Source: Bdellovibrionales bacterium
Lineage (GTDB): Bacteria; Bdellovibrionota; Bdellovibrionia; Bdellovibrionales; UBA1609
Assembly: GCA_965205945.1 (NCBI GenBank)
Contig: CBDBIB010000003.1
Coordinates: forward strand, 32,001 to 96,000
Length of the DNA: 64,000 nt
Direction: 5' to 3'
This document shows, one piece after another, positions 27,881 to 37,676 of the stretch; position 1 is the first letter of the stretch; every line of letters starts with the position of its first letter. The translations under genes and the position numbers were made by a program. A model generated the notes under the pieces. It ran no database searches. It saw only the letters and a program-made list of their open reading frames with translations, and was not told the origin of the DNA.

Positions 27881-29428
27881 TTACTTAAAAGAAAGGTCTG
27901 CTAAAAAGGCTTGTATTTGTGTATTTAAAGCATAGGATCGTGTATAAGAATTTATTACTTTAACCTTACTTAGATGTTTAGATTTTATTAAGTGTGGATC
28001 TGTAGAGTTTAAAATGATGAAATTATTAGAAATGATTTTAGATAAAATTAAGTTTATTTTATTTGCTGTTTTTGTTCCTGATAAATGCAAAACACAAGTT
28101 TTTTTCTGGCATGTGGATTTAATAAGTTTTATTGAAGAAGAGAGTAGTGAAGAGTGATTTTTTTTATTAAAGCTTTTTCTAAAAAGATGATCTGAACTAA
28201 AATAGTGATACTTATTTAAAGAGGCAAGTTTTCTTGAAACAGTTTTTGAATTCTTTTTATTGAGTAAATAAGCAGATATTTTAGAGTTTAAAATATTAGT
28301 AAGTTTTAAGGATCCATGGTTAGTAAATTTTAAAGCATTCTTTTTTAAGGAATCGTGTTTCTTTTTTAACTTATAAAGTCTTGCTAAGGATTCTTTAAGA
28401 CGTTTTTTAAATTCTGGTTTATCAAGCTTATTTTTAAAAAAATTAAGGGAAGAATTTAATTTTTGACCAGCCCAGCCAATTAAAATTAAATCATGTCCAG
28501 ACATAAAACTTTTATAAGCAGCTTGTTCAAAAGTGCTTTGAATTTTAGCTCCGTTCATTTCAAGATCATCGGTAATAGCAACTTGATCTTTAGAGGTGAT
28601 CTTTCTTAAAAATTGAAGAGCTTTAGGAGAGTAAGTAACAATACCGTAATCTTTATTATCTAAAATTAGTTGAGTATGTGAAGTCATTACAAAAAATGGA
28701 ATACCAGCATGAAAGTGTTTTTTATAAGGAAGCCAATCATTTTTAGAAATTTTAGAGTAAGTAGTTTTTTTAATAGAAAGGTTTTTATGAGGATCGGTTA
28801 TAATACCACCAAGTCCAGGAAAATGCTTTAAAGTTGGAATTGTTCCACTAGTAAGCATACCCTTGGATAATTGCAAAGAAATATCAGAAACAATGCTGGA
28901 TTTTGAGCTAAGTGAGCGAGTTGAGATAAAATTTAATGAAGATTCTGATCGGATATCTACAACAGGAGCAAGATTTGAAGCTATACCTAGATCAGAAAGT
29001 AAAGATCCATATGCTTGTCCTAAATAATTTGCTACTTTCTTGCTATTAAGCATTCCAATGGATAAAGGTGTTGGGGTGTCATAAGAGGTTCCAATCCTTA
29101 CAATATCACCACCTTCTTGATCAGTAAAAGTAAAGGGCTCAATATTAGTGGAAGCTTTAATGCTATTATGAAGTTTTAAAAACTGAGTAGGATTTTTATA
29201 ATTTCTTTTAAAATAAATGATGCCCCCAAGAGGCCATTTTTTTAAGAGCTTTTTTTCATCATTTGAAAGAAAAGTTTTTTTAATCCCAGTAATAAAGATT
29301 TGAGCTATTTTTTCATTTTGTGAAAGAGATTCATACCAAGATTCAAAAGTATTTGCTGATATTTCTTTAGAAAAAGCATTGCAGTTGAGCAAACAAATAC
29401 TGATAATAAGTAAAGATCGACTTTTCAT
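27881..29428 (-). CDS. nagZ: GH3 beta-N-acetylhexosaminidase (NagZ-like), exported
   Basis: DQEGG, APVVD, KHFPGLG...DPH, ITDDLEM; N-terminal signal peptide. Confidence 0.88.
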   Translation of the reverse strand: MKSRSLLIISICLLNCNAFSKEISANTFESWYESLSQNEKIAQIFITGIKKTFLSNDEKKLLKKWPLGGIIYFKRNYKNPTQFLKLHNSIKASTNIEPFTFTDQEGGDIVRIGTSYDTPTPLSIGMLNSKKVANYLGQAYGSLLSDLGIASNLAPVVDIRSESSLNFISTRSLSSKSSIVSDISLQLSKGMLTSGTIPTLKHFPGLGGIITDPHKNLSIKKTTYSKISKNDWLPYKKHFHAGIPFFVMTSHTQLILDNKDYGIVTYSPKALQFLRKITSKDQVAITDDLEMNGAKIQSTFEQAAYKSFMSGHDLILIGWAGQKLNSSLNFFKNKLDKPEFKKRLKESLARLYKLKKKHDSLKKNALKFTNHGSLKLTNILNSKISAYLLNKKNSKTVSRKLASLNKYHYFSSDHLFRKSFNKKNHSSLLSSSIKLIKSTCQKKTCVLHLSGTKTANKINLILSKIISNNFIILNSTDPHLIKSKHLSKVKVINSYTRSYALNTQIQAFLADLSFK

Positions 29429-29493
29429 ATAAATCTTATCGGAATAAGTGTATATAAATCAGCTGATCCATAGACTAGAATAAAAGGAGGATT

Positions 29494-30222
29494 ATGATGA
29501 GATTTTCTTGTTTTTTAGTAGTTTTGATCCTATGGACCATGTTTTCTTTTAATGATTTATTTGCATTAGAAAAAAAAGTTCAGGTGGAAGCTCCATTTAG
29601 ATATCAAAAAGCTAAAAATAATAAAATTAAGTTGATGAGTATTCCTTATCGGCAAAGACGTCCTAATTGGAGCGTAAGGTTAAATCTTGCACTAAGTCCT
29701 GGCATTCAGACTGATAAAGAAAATTTAAAAAGCAAAGGAGTTCCATTACAGCTAGATATTAGCATAAATAGAAATTTAAAGTATTTTTCTATTGGTCCAG
29801 AGGTTGGTTATTTTAAATCAACGATTTTAAATACATGTAATAATAAGATTAATTTTTCAGGTATAACAGCAGGCGCTGGCTTATACTTAGATGGTCTTTT
29901 TAAAACAGCATATTTTGTGCCTATTGTAAGCCTGGGAGTTATATTTCCTAATATTAAAATACAAACGGCAGATGCATCTTGTGTTGTTATTGGTGAAAAA
30001 GAGCTAGAGGCAAATAAATATACCATGTACTATCGTGCGGGCTTCTTAATAGGGCTTAATTGGTTAGATAAAGTACTGGCAAGTAAAGCTTTAAGTGATT
30101 ATGGGCTTCAGAATTCATTTTTATATTTGGCTACAAAGCAAATCTCATCTACTTCAGATATTGAGGAAGCAGATATAGGAACAAAAAATTATTTTGAGTA
30201 TGGTCTTCAACTAGAGTTTTAA
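29494..30222 (+). CDS. Putative outer-membrane beta-barrel protein
   Basis: Signal peptide, amphipathic strands, C-terminal YGLQLEF. Confidence 0.65.
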   Translation: MMRFSCFLVVLILWTMFSFNDLFALEKKVQVEAPFRYQKAKNNKIKLMSIPYRQRRPNWSVRLNLALSPGIQTDKENLKSKGVPLQLDISINRNLKYFSIGPEVGYFKSTILNTCNNKINFSGITAGAGLYLDGLFKTAYFVPIVSLGVIFPNIKIQTADASCVVIGEKELEANKYTMYYRAGFLIGLNWLDKVLASKALSDYGLQNSFLYLATKQISSTSDIEEADIGTKNYFEYGLQLEF

Positions 30223-30281
30223 ACCTTTAATCTTAGGTTAAACACTTATGTGCAACAACGCTATTTAATAATAAAAAATTC

Positions 30282-33200
30282 CTAAGTCATTAAGTCTTTT
30301 TGTAGAGATGAAATTTCTTCATATATTTGATTCCATTTAAGATTATTTTTAGTAATTAAAAGTCTTTGATCAGGAGAGAGTGTGTATTTTTTAGATTGTG
30401 TTTTTATAAGAGAAAGTAGTGTAGAGGGGTTTATATTAGGCTTATCTATAAATTTTAAAGAAATATTTTTAGAGGTAGTTTTAAGATCTTTAACACCCAT
30501 TTTACGACAGATATTTTTCGTTGCAGATAAAAAGAACAATCCAATAATCTCATCTGGAATTTGACCAAATTGATCTTTCAACTCAAATTCTAGTTCATCA
30601 AGCTCTTGCTCGGAATCGATTTTGTTAAGTTTTCTATAATAATATAATCGAGTTTTTAAATCACCAATGTAAGAGCTTGGGATTAGAGCAGGAAGAGCGA
30701 CATTGATATCAGGATCAATAACTTTAGTAGTATTTTTTCCTTGAATTTCTAAAATAGTTTCTTCTAAAAGTTCAATGTAAAAATCGTAACCAATAGCCTC
30801 TGCATGGCCTGATTGAGATTCGCCTAATAAATTCCCTGTTCCTCTTAGCTCTAGATCATAATGAGCAATTTTAAGGCCACTTCCTAAAACAGTATGATCT
30901 TGTAGGATTTTTAATTTTTCTTTTTGATTTTTTTCAAGATTTTTATTAGGTGGAATGAGTAAATAACAAAAAGCGCGTTTCTCACTTCGACCAACGCGAC
31001 CACGGAGTTGGTATAACTGGCTAAGTCCAAGGTTTTGAGCATTATTTATGATTATGGTATTTGCTGATGATATATCCATTCCAGATTCAATAATTGTAGT
31101 GGATAAAAGAACATCAACTTTTTTATTAAAGAACCGAATCATGACAGATTCAAGTTCTTTTTCTACCATTTGACCGTGTCCTAAACTAATTCTTATATTA
31201 GGCATAGCATTTTTAAGCTCTTCGTATAGAGTATGAATAGATTGAACACGGTTATGTACAAAATAAACTTGTCCACCGCGTTTAATTTCTGTTTCAATGG
31301 CTTTTGTAATTATTTGAATATTATAGTGAGATACAAAGGTTTTAATAGGAAGTCTATCTTTAGGAGCGGTTGAAATCAAAGATAAATCACGAACACCTAA
31401 AAATCCCATATTAAGAGTTCTTGGTATGGGTGTTGCTGAAAGAGAAAGGATGTCAATGTTAGTTTTTAATTTTTTAATTCTTTCTTTTTGTTGAACACCA
31501 AATCTTTGCTCTTCATCGATAATAAGAAGTCCAAGGTTTTTAAAGTTCACATCCTGACTAAGCATTCGGTGTGTTCCTATGGTAAGATCAACAGACCCTG
31601 TAGACAATCCGTTAAGAGTATCCTTAAGGTTTAATTTTGAGATGAATCGGTTTAAACTTCTGATTTTAAAAGGCCATTGTTTAAAACGCTCTTTAAAAGA
31701 CTGTAGATGTTGAAGGCTTAAGACAGTCGTTGGAGCAAGAACTGCAACTTGTTTTCCCTCAGAAAGTGAAATGAATGCAGCCCTCATGGCAACTTCTGTT
31801 TTTCCAAAACCAACATCGCCACAAACCAAGCGATCCATAGGAAAATCTTTTCGAAAATCTTTATAAATAGAATCAATGGTTTCTAATTGATCTTTTGTCT
31901 CTTCAAAAAGAAACTGATTTTGAAATAAAGTAATATCATTAGAGCTAGTTATTAAAGGTGGCCTATGTACGGTTTTTCTTTTTGCATAAAGCTCAATTAA
32001 ATCTGCTGCAATTTCTTTAAGTTTAGATTTAGTATTGGCTTTGGTTTTTTGCCAATACTGACCGCCAAGTTTGTCTAAGGATCGACTTTTTGAGTTTCCA
32101 GAGTATTTTCGAAGTTGATGAATTTTGTGTACAGGTAAAAATAATTTATCTTTTCCATTATATTCAATTTCTATACACTCTGAATCAAGTCCTTGAAGAG
32201 AAATTATTTTAAGCCCTTTGAAAATGCCTACACCATGTTGAATATGCACAACAAGATCTTTAAGGTCCATATCTCTCATACGGATTGTTTCTAGTCTGTC
32301 AAAATATTCTTTATGTTTAGATTTTTGAATTTTTTGGGTTTGTGTCTCTTTTCCAAAAAGATCTTTAAAACAAACATAAATAATTTTATCATCATTGTAT
32401 TTTATTGAATTTGCTAAGGTTTTCAAAATGATATTGATTCTAGGGCTAGTTGGAATTTCATTATTTTCTAAGGGAAAAAAAGAAAGGTTTAGCTCCTTTA
32501 AAATAGAAGCTGTTCTTATTAAGGTGTTTTTAGAGTTACAACATATATAAATAGAGTTTTTTGTATTAAGCCATGTTTTTAATAGTTTTTTAACTTCAGA
32601 AGTGAAAACCTCCCAGGAGGTACTGTTTTTTTTGATATTTAAAAGGGTAGATTTAATATCTGAAGTAGAATAATTAAAACTAGAAGGTCGGTTATTTTCA
32701 TTGTTGTAAACTTTAATATCTGAAACAAGAACAGAGCAGAAATTAACTCTATGATTAAATTTTTTAAAAGAAAGTTCTTCTTCAAATATATTATGAGGCT
32801 TTAGGGAGGAGGGGGAGGTTTTAAGATCTGTTTCGTATTCAGATTTAAAAATATTAAATTGGTTAGACCAGGTTGTTTTAATAAGAGTTTCATCAAAGAG
32901 GATAACTTTTGTATCAGTAGTAAAGTAATCAAATGCTGTTGAAAGGTTTTTCCAGAAAAAAGGGAGTAAGAATTCTTTTTTAGAGAAGGGAACAGAATTT
33001 CTGATTTTATGAAGAGAATCTTTTTTCCATGGAGAAGAAAAATCAGCTTTTGAAAAATAATTTATTAAAGAAGCCTTATTCTTAGTAGTATATAGTGTTT
33101 CAGTAGCGGGAATAATAGTTAAAGATAGAGCTTCTTTTATGGTTCGTTGAGTTTTTATTGAGAATGTTCTTAATGATTCAATATCGTCTCCAAAAAGCTC

Positions 33201-33752
33201 TATTCTATGGGGGAATGTATGGGCAGGAGAGAAAATATCAATAATGCCACCTTTATCGCAAAATTGTCCGGGTTTTTCTACAAACTGTGTCGCCTGATAT
33301 CCAAGCTGTAAAAGTTTTTTGTTAGGATTTTTTAAAAAAACATCTGCAAATTCAAAAGTGTATGCTTTTTTTAAGAGATCTGTTTTACAAAGGGTTTTTA
33401 GTAAAAGAGCTTCTGGATGACTTATAAAAACCTTAGTATCTGATGCTGGATTAAGGGCTTGGTATAAGAAACGAAGCCTGTTTGGGGAAATGTGAGAACT
33501 AGGTTCTAATTCAGAATACGGGCTTGTCCCAAAGGAGTGTAGTTGATGAAAATCAATGGATAATGAGTGAGTATAGTTATCAACAGAATCTTCATCAGGA
33601 AAGATGAGTAGATATTTTTGTTTTTTTTTACTCTCCTTAATTATATTGAGTAAAGGGTCTTGAATGGCCAAAGGGTCGTGTATTCCAGAAAGTACAGATG
33701 GTCCTTGGTCAAGGCATCGTCGTAAAATATTAGAACCCTTTAAAAAATCCAT
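30282..33752 (-). CDS. mfd: Transcription-repair coupling factor
   Basis: VVHIQHGVG (RID domain), GDVGFGKTEVA, DEEQRFG, QLRGRVGR, TRCF C-terminal domain. Confidence 0.97.
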   Translation of the reverse strand: MDFLKGSNILRRCLDQGPSVLSGIHDPLAIQDPLLNIIKESKKKQKYLLIFPDEDSVDNYTHSLSIDFHQLHSFGTSPYSELEPSSHISPNRLRFLYQALNPASDTKVFISHPEALLLKTLCKTDLLKKAYTFEFADVFLKNPNKKLLQLGYQATQFVEKPGQFCDKGGIIDIFSPAHTFPHRIELFGDDIESLRTFSIKTQRTIKEALSLTIIPATETLYTTKNKASLINYFSKADFSSPWKKDSLHKIRNSVPFSKKEFLLPFFWKNLSTAFDYFTTDTKVILFDETLIKTTWSNQFNIFKSEYETDLKTSPSSLKPHNIFEEELSFKKFNHRVNFCSVLVSDIKVYNNENNRPSSFNYSTSDIKSTLLNIKKNSTSWEVFTSEVKKLLKTWLNTKNSIYICCNSKNTLIRTASILKELNLSFFPLENNEIPTSPRINIILKTLANSIKYNDDKIIYVCFKDLFGKETQTQKIQKSKHKEYFDRLETIRMRDMDLKDLVVHIQHGVGIFKGLKIISLQGLDSECIEIEYNGKDKLFLPVHKIHQLRKYSGNSKSRSLDKLGGQYWQKTKANTKSKLKEIAADLIELYAKRKTVHRPPLITSSNDITLFQNQFLFEETKDQLETIDSIYKDFRKDFPMDRLVCGDVGFGKTEVAMRAAFISLSEGKQVAVLAPTTVLSLQHLQSFKERFKQWPFKIRSLNRFISKLNLKDTLNGLSTGSVDLTIGTHRMLSQDVNFKNLGLLIIDEEQRFGVQQKERIKKLKTNIDILSLSATPIPRTLNMGFLGVRDLSLISTAPKDRLPIKTFVSHYNIQIITKAIETEIKRGGQVYFVHNRVQSIHTLYEELKNAMPNIRISLGHGQMVEKELESVMIRFFNKKVDVLLSTTIIESGMDISSANTIIINNAQNLGLSQLYQLRGRVGRSEKRAFCYLLIPPNKNLEKNQKEKLKILQDHTVLGSGLKIAHYDLELRGTGNLLGESQSGHAEAIGYDFYIELLEETILEIQGKNTTKVIDPDINVALPALIPSSYIGDLKTRLYYYRKLNKIDSEQELDELEFELKDQFGQIPDEIIGLFFLSATKNICRKMGVKDLKTTSKNISLKFIDKPNINPSTLLSLIKTQSKKYTLSPDQRLLITKNNLKWNQIYEEISSLQKDLMT

Positions 33753-33904
33753 TGGTTAATTTAAATACATGAAAAAAAACGAATTTACCAGATACTTTGT
33801 AAATTTGTTTAATTTAGATATTATAAAGTAGTATAAAATTTAATTAAAGGAGGAGGGGGCCTTGCTATTAGTTTTTTAATTTTATTTTAAACTTTTAAGT
33901 AGAT

Positions 33905-34432
33905 ATGATGGTTGTAAGTTTTTCTCAAAATACATTGTTTTTTTTCTTCCTAGCAGGTTTTATTGTGGCAATGGCTTTAGGTGTTCTTTTTATTAGAAAT
34001 ACTATAGGAGCACTATTGTTTTTAGTGGTTAGTATGCTTGCAATAGGTGTGTTGTTTCTTGCTCAAGGCGCAGTTTTTTTAGGTAGTATGCAGTTGGTAG
34101 TTTATACTGGAGTTATTATGACCTTATTCTTAAAGGTTTTTATGTCTGTGGACATAGATAAGATCACTTATAAGGCTTTAAAAGAAAAACCATTTATAGG
34201 AAAATTTATAAAAGTAGGCGCAGTAGGTGCTATTTTAGGCTTGTCCTTAGGTGCATTTTCTTTAAAAACATACACTAATTTTTATCAAAAGGATTTAAGT
34301 ATTATGAGTTTAGTAGAGAATTTGATGTTAATGCTTTTTACAAGCTATATATTTGTATTTAAAATAATGGGAGTGTTTATTTTAGTTATATCTGTAGCAG
34401 TTATGAGTGTAAATAAATTAGAGAAAGATTAA
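33905..34432 (+). CDS. nuoJ: NADH-quinone oxidoreductase subunit J (divergent)
   Basis: AVFLGSMQLVVYTGVIMTLFL resembles the NuoJ QxxVYAGAIMVLFL motif. Confidence 0.85.
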   Translation: MMVVSFSQNTLFFFFLAGFIVAMALGVLFIRNTIGALLFLVVSMLAIGVLFLAQGAVFLGSMQLVVYTGVIMTLFLKVFMSVDIDKITYKALKEKPFIGKFIKVGAVGAILGLSLGAFSLKTYTNFYQKDLSIMSLVENLMLMLFTSYIFVFKIMGVFILVISVAVMSVNKLEKD

Positions 34433-34437
34433 TTATA

Positions 34438-34752
34438 ATGGGGATAGAGTATATTTTTAATATAACCTTACAGCATTATCTTTCATTAGGATTTTTACTT
34501 TTTTCTATAGGTCTTTTGATTGTGATGGTTAAGAAAAATTTCTTAATCATACTTATGGGTATTGAGTTAATGTTAAATGGGGTTAATGTGATAGCCATTT
34601 CTTTTGGGCACTATAATAGTAATATAGAGGGTCAGGTATTTGCATTTTTTGTTCTTATGATTGCAGTAGCAAAGATTGGTGTGGGGTTAATAATAATTGT
34701 TTCTTTATTTAAAAATACTCAACTTTCTACTTTAATAAAGTTAAAGGATTAG
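34438..34752 (+). CDS. nuoK: NADH-quinone oxidoreductase subunit K (second conserved Glu replaced by Lys)
   Basis: LMGIELMLN, GQVFAFFV, AVAKIGVGL. Confidence 0.92.
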   Translation: MGIEYIFNITLQHYLSLGFLLFSIGLLIVMVKKNFLIILMGIELMLNGVNVIAISFGHYNSNIEGQVFAFFVLMIAVAKIGVGLIIIVSLFKNTQLSTLIKLKD

Positions 34753-36163
34753 TGACGGTGAACTCTTGGTTATTAAGTGGTTTTTTCATAGTTCCTTTTT
34801 TAAGCTTTATTATAAATAAAATTTTGTATAAAAGAAAAAATATTTTATGGGCAAGATTTTTTAGTTTAAGCAGTGTTTTGATTTTGTTTGTACTTTCTTG
34901 TGTGTTATTTCTTAGGTTTTATTTAAGTGATCAACTTAGTATTGATCTAAAACTCTTCTCCTGGTTATTAATAAAAGGTGTAGATATAGATTTTGCAATT
35001 AGTGTATTAACTTTAGTATATTTTGTAACTATGGCTACTGCAGGAGTTTATGTTTTATTTAGATTAAATGGTCTTTTAGATGTTTCTTTTGAGGCGATGC
35101 TAGTGGTTGCTTTTTTTGGAATTTTAACAGCTTTTATAGCTGCAGTTGCAGCTCTTATTCAACAAGATATAAAGAAAATTCTAGCATATTCTACAGTACC
35201 TCAGCTTGGTTATATGATCCTTGCTATTGGATTGGGTTCATATGTTAGCGCGGTTTTTCATTTAGTAACGCATGTTTTTTTTAAGAGTTTGATGTTCTTA
35301 GGTGCTGGAGTAGTGATTCGTAGTTTATCAGGTGAACAGAATATAGAAAAGATGGGGGATTAAAAAAATCTATGTCGTTCATCTATTTTATTTTTTTAAT
35401 AGGTTGGTTTTTGATTATTGGAGTTCCTTTTTTTTCTGGGTTTTTTAGTGAAAATAAAATATTTTTTCATGCGTTTTTTAATTCAATATTCTTTGGGAGT
35501 CTTTTTCTAGTTACTTTGGGTGTGACAGTATTTTATATGACAAAATTAATGATTAAGGTTTTTGGAGGAGAAAGTAGGGTAGAAAAAAATGTTTACTCAC
35601 ATAAAGTAAGGTTTTTATTTATTTCTCCTTTAGTAATTTTAGCTATTTGTTTAGTACTTACAGGATTTTTAGGGTTACCAAATATGTTTTTAAAATATCC
35701 AGTTCATTTATTAGGAGAATGGCTTAATCCTATGATAAAAACCATCCACTACACTAATAAAAATCTAATCTTAGAAGGATTATTGATGTGTGTGTTTATT
35801 TTAACTATTACAGTGTGTAGTATTTTTGCATATTTCTTATATGTGAAAAAAGAAGATAGGGTTATAAGGGGATTTTCTTATGTTAAACACCCTTTTTTTA
35901 TTAGGTTTTTTAGAAATCTGGTGGATATAAAAGATTTTTATAAGAAAAATGTTATAAATTTGTTTAAAGAAGTTACTCAGGCTTTGTGGTTATTCATAGA
36001 CATTAATTTAATCAATAGATTTTTTGTATCAATATCAAAATCTATTATTAGTATTGGAGAAATCAGTAGAATTATTAAATCTAAAAACCTGCAAATTGAT
36101 GTTACGCTTTTTGTTCTCACGGTTGTGATATTTTTAATGGAGGCTCTTTTTATAAGAGAATAA
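34752..36163 (+). pseudogene. nuoL: NADH-quinone oxidoreductase subunit L, internally deleted and frameshifted
   Basis: Two ORFs (34752-35363, 35372-36163). Adding one G to the G5 run at 35354-35358 restores MGGLKKSM. The segment normally containing GWEG, NRIGD and GKSAQ..WLPDAM is absent near 35000. Confidence 0.85.
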
Positions 36164-36167
36164 AATA

Positions 36168-37676
36168 ATGATACTAACAAATTTATTATGGTCGCCGATT
36201 TTTTTTATTCTTCTGCTTCTCTTTTTTAAAAAAGATCATTACTTAAAAGTATTAGGATTTAGTTTGTCAGTAATGCATTTTTTTTATGGAGTTTTTATTT
36301 GTACTAGATTTGAGATTGAAAATAAAAACTACCAGATGATCGAGCTGGCAAGCATTTTTAAGCCTTTAGGGATGCACTATAGTTTAGGTGTAGATGGATT
36401 AAGTCTTTTATTGATTATGTTCTCACTTTTTATGATGCCCTTAATTATATTAGGCACATGGAATTTTATGGGGATTAGAGTAAAATCTTATTTTATAAAC
36501 TTATTTGCTTTACAAATTTGCATGATTGGAATTCTTCTTTCATTAGATTTAATTTTATTTTATATGTTTTTTGAATTAAGTTTAATTCCAATATTTTTAT
36601 TAATGGGAATGTATGGTGGAAAGAAAAATTTTTCTGCAGCAAAAATATTTTTTCTCTTTATTTTTGTAAGTTCAATTTTTCTAATGGGCTCGATTGTTAC
36701 GATGATGGTTTTATTTGAATCTGTGAACGGAGTTATAAGTTCTTTAATAATAGATCTTCAAACTATTCAATTACCATTTGTAAAAAATACGGTTTTTTCA
36801 ACACAAACCGTTTTATTTTCAGGATTTTTCATAGCTTTTGCAGTAAGAGCAGCGCTTTTTCCACTGCATACTTGGCTACCAAATACTCACGTTAAAACCT
36901 CAACAGGGGGGTCTATTGTTTTAGAAATCTTGATGTTAAATATTGGGGCTTATGGGATGATTAGATTTTTAAGCTTGTACTTTCCACAAGCAAGCTCACA
37001 GTATGCTTGGGTGGTTTGTATATTAGCAATTATAGGGATTATTTATAGTGCTATGATCACTTTTTCTCAAACAGATATGAAGAGGTTTGTGGCATATTTG
37101 TCTGTTTTTCATATGGGATATATAGTTTTAGGTATTTTTTGTTGGGATACGGTTTCTTATAAGGGAGTTTTGTTTCAAATGTTGAGTCGTGGATTAAGTA
37201 CAGGGGGATTGTTTTTAATGATTGGAATGCTTTATGAAAGATTTAAAACAAGGCAAATAAAAGATTTTGGAGGGTTGGTAAAAACTATGCCAAACTTTAC
37301 TATTTATTTTTTATTGATTTCTCTTACAAGTATGGCAGTGCCGTTAACAAATGGTTTTATAGGGAATTTTTTAATTCTTTTTGGAGTATTTGCTACAAAT
37401 AAATATTATGGAATCTTTGCAGTTTTTGGAATATGTTTAATAGCAGGGTCTATGTCAAATATGATTAGAAAGGTTTTTTTTGGTGCTCTATCAGACAAAT
37501 TTAGTCATTTAAGTGATGTTGATTTGTCAAAAAGAGAAATGTTTGTACTCACTCCCATAGTGATTTTAATTTTTTTAATGGGGATTTATCCTAAAAGTAT
37601 TACAAGTTTTTTAACTAAGAGTAATCAAGAGATAGAAAGTCTACAGGTGAGAGGGGATGATTATGTTATTCAATAG
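36168..37676 (+). CDS. nuoM: NADH-quinone oxidoreductase subunit M (degenerate charged residues)
   Basis: LGVDGLS, FFELSLIP, FPLHTWLP, LYERFKTRQIKDFGGL. Confidence 0.92.
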   Translation: MILTNLLWSPIFFILLLLFFKKDHYLKVLGFSLSVMHFFYGVFICTRFEIENKNYQMIELASIFKPLGMHYSLGVDGLSLLLIMFSLFMMPLIILGTWNFMGIRVKSYFINLFALQICMIGILLSLDLILFYMFFELSLIPIFLLMGMYGGKKNFSAAKIFFLFIFVSSIFLMGSIVTMMVLFESVNGVISSLIIDLQTIQLPFVKNTVFSTQTVLFSGFFIAFAVRAALFPLHTWLPNTHVKTSTGGSIVLEILMLNIGAYGMIRFLSLYFPQASSQYAWVVCILAIIGIIYSAMITFSQTDMKRFVAYLSVFHMGYIVLGIFCWDTVSYKGVLFQMLSRGLSTGGLFLMIGMLYERFKTRQIKDFGGLVKTMPNFTIYFLLISLTSMAVPLTNGFIGNFLILFGVFATNKYYGIFAVFGICLIAGSMSNMIRKVFFGALSDKFSHLSDVDLSKREMFVLTPIVILIFLMGIYPKSITSFLTKSNQEIESLQVRGDDYVIQ

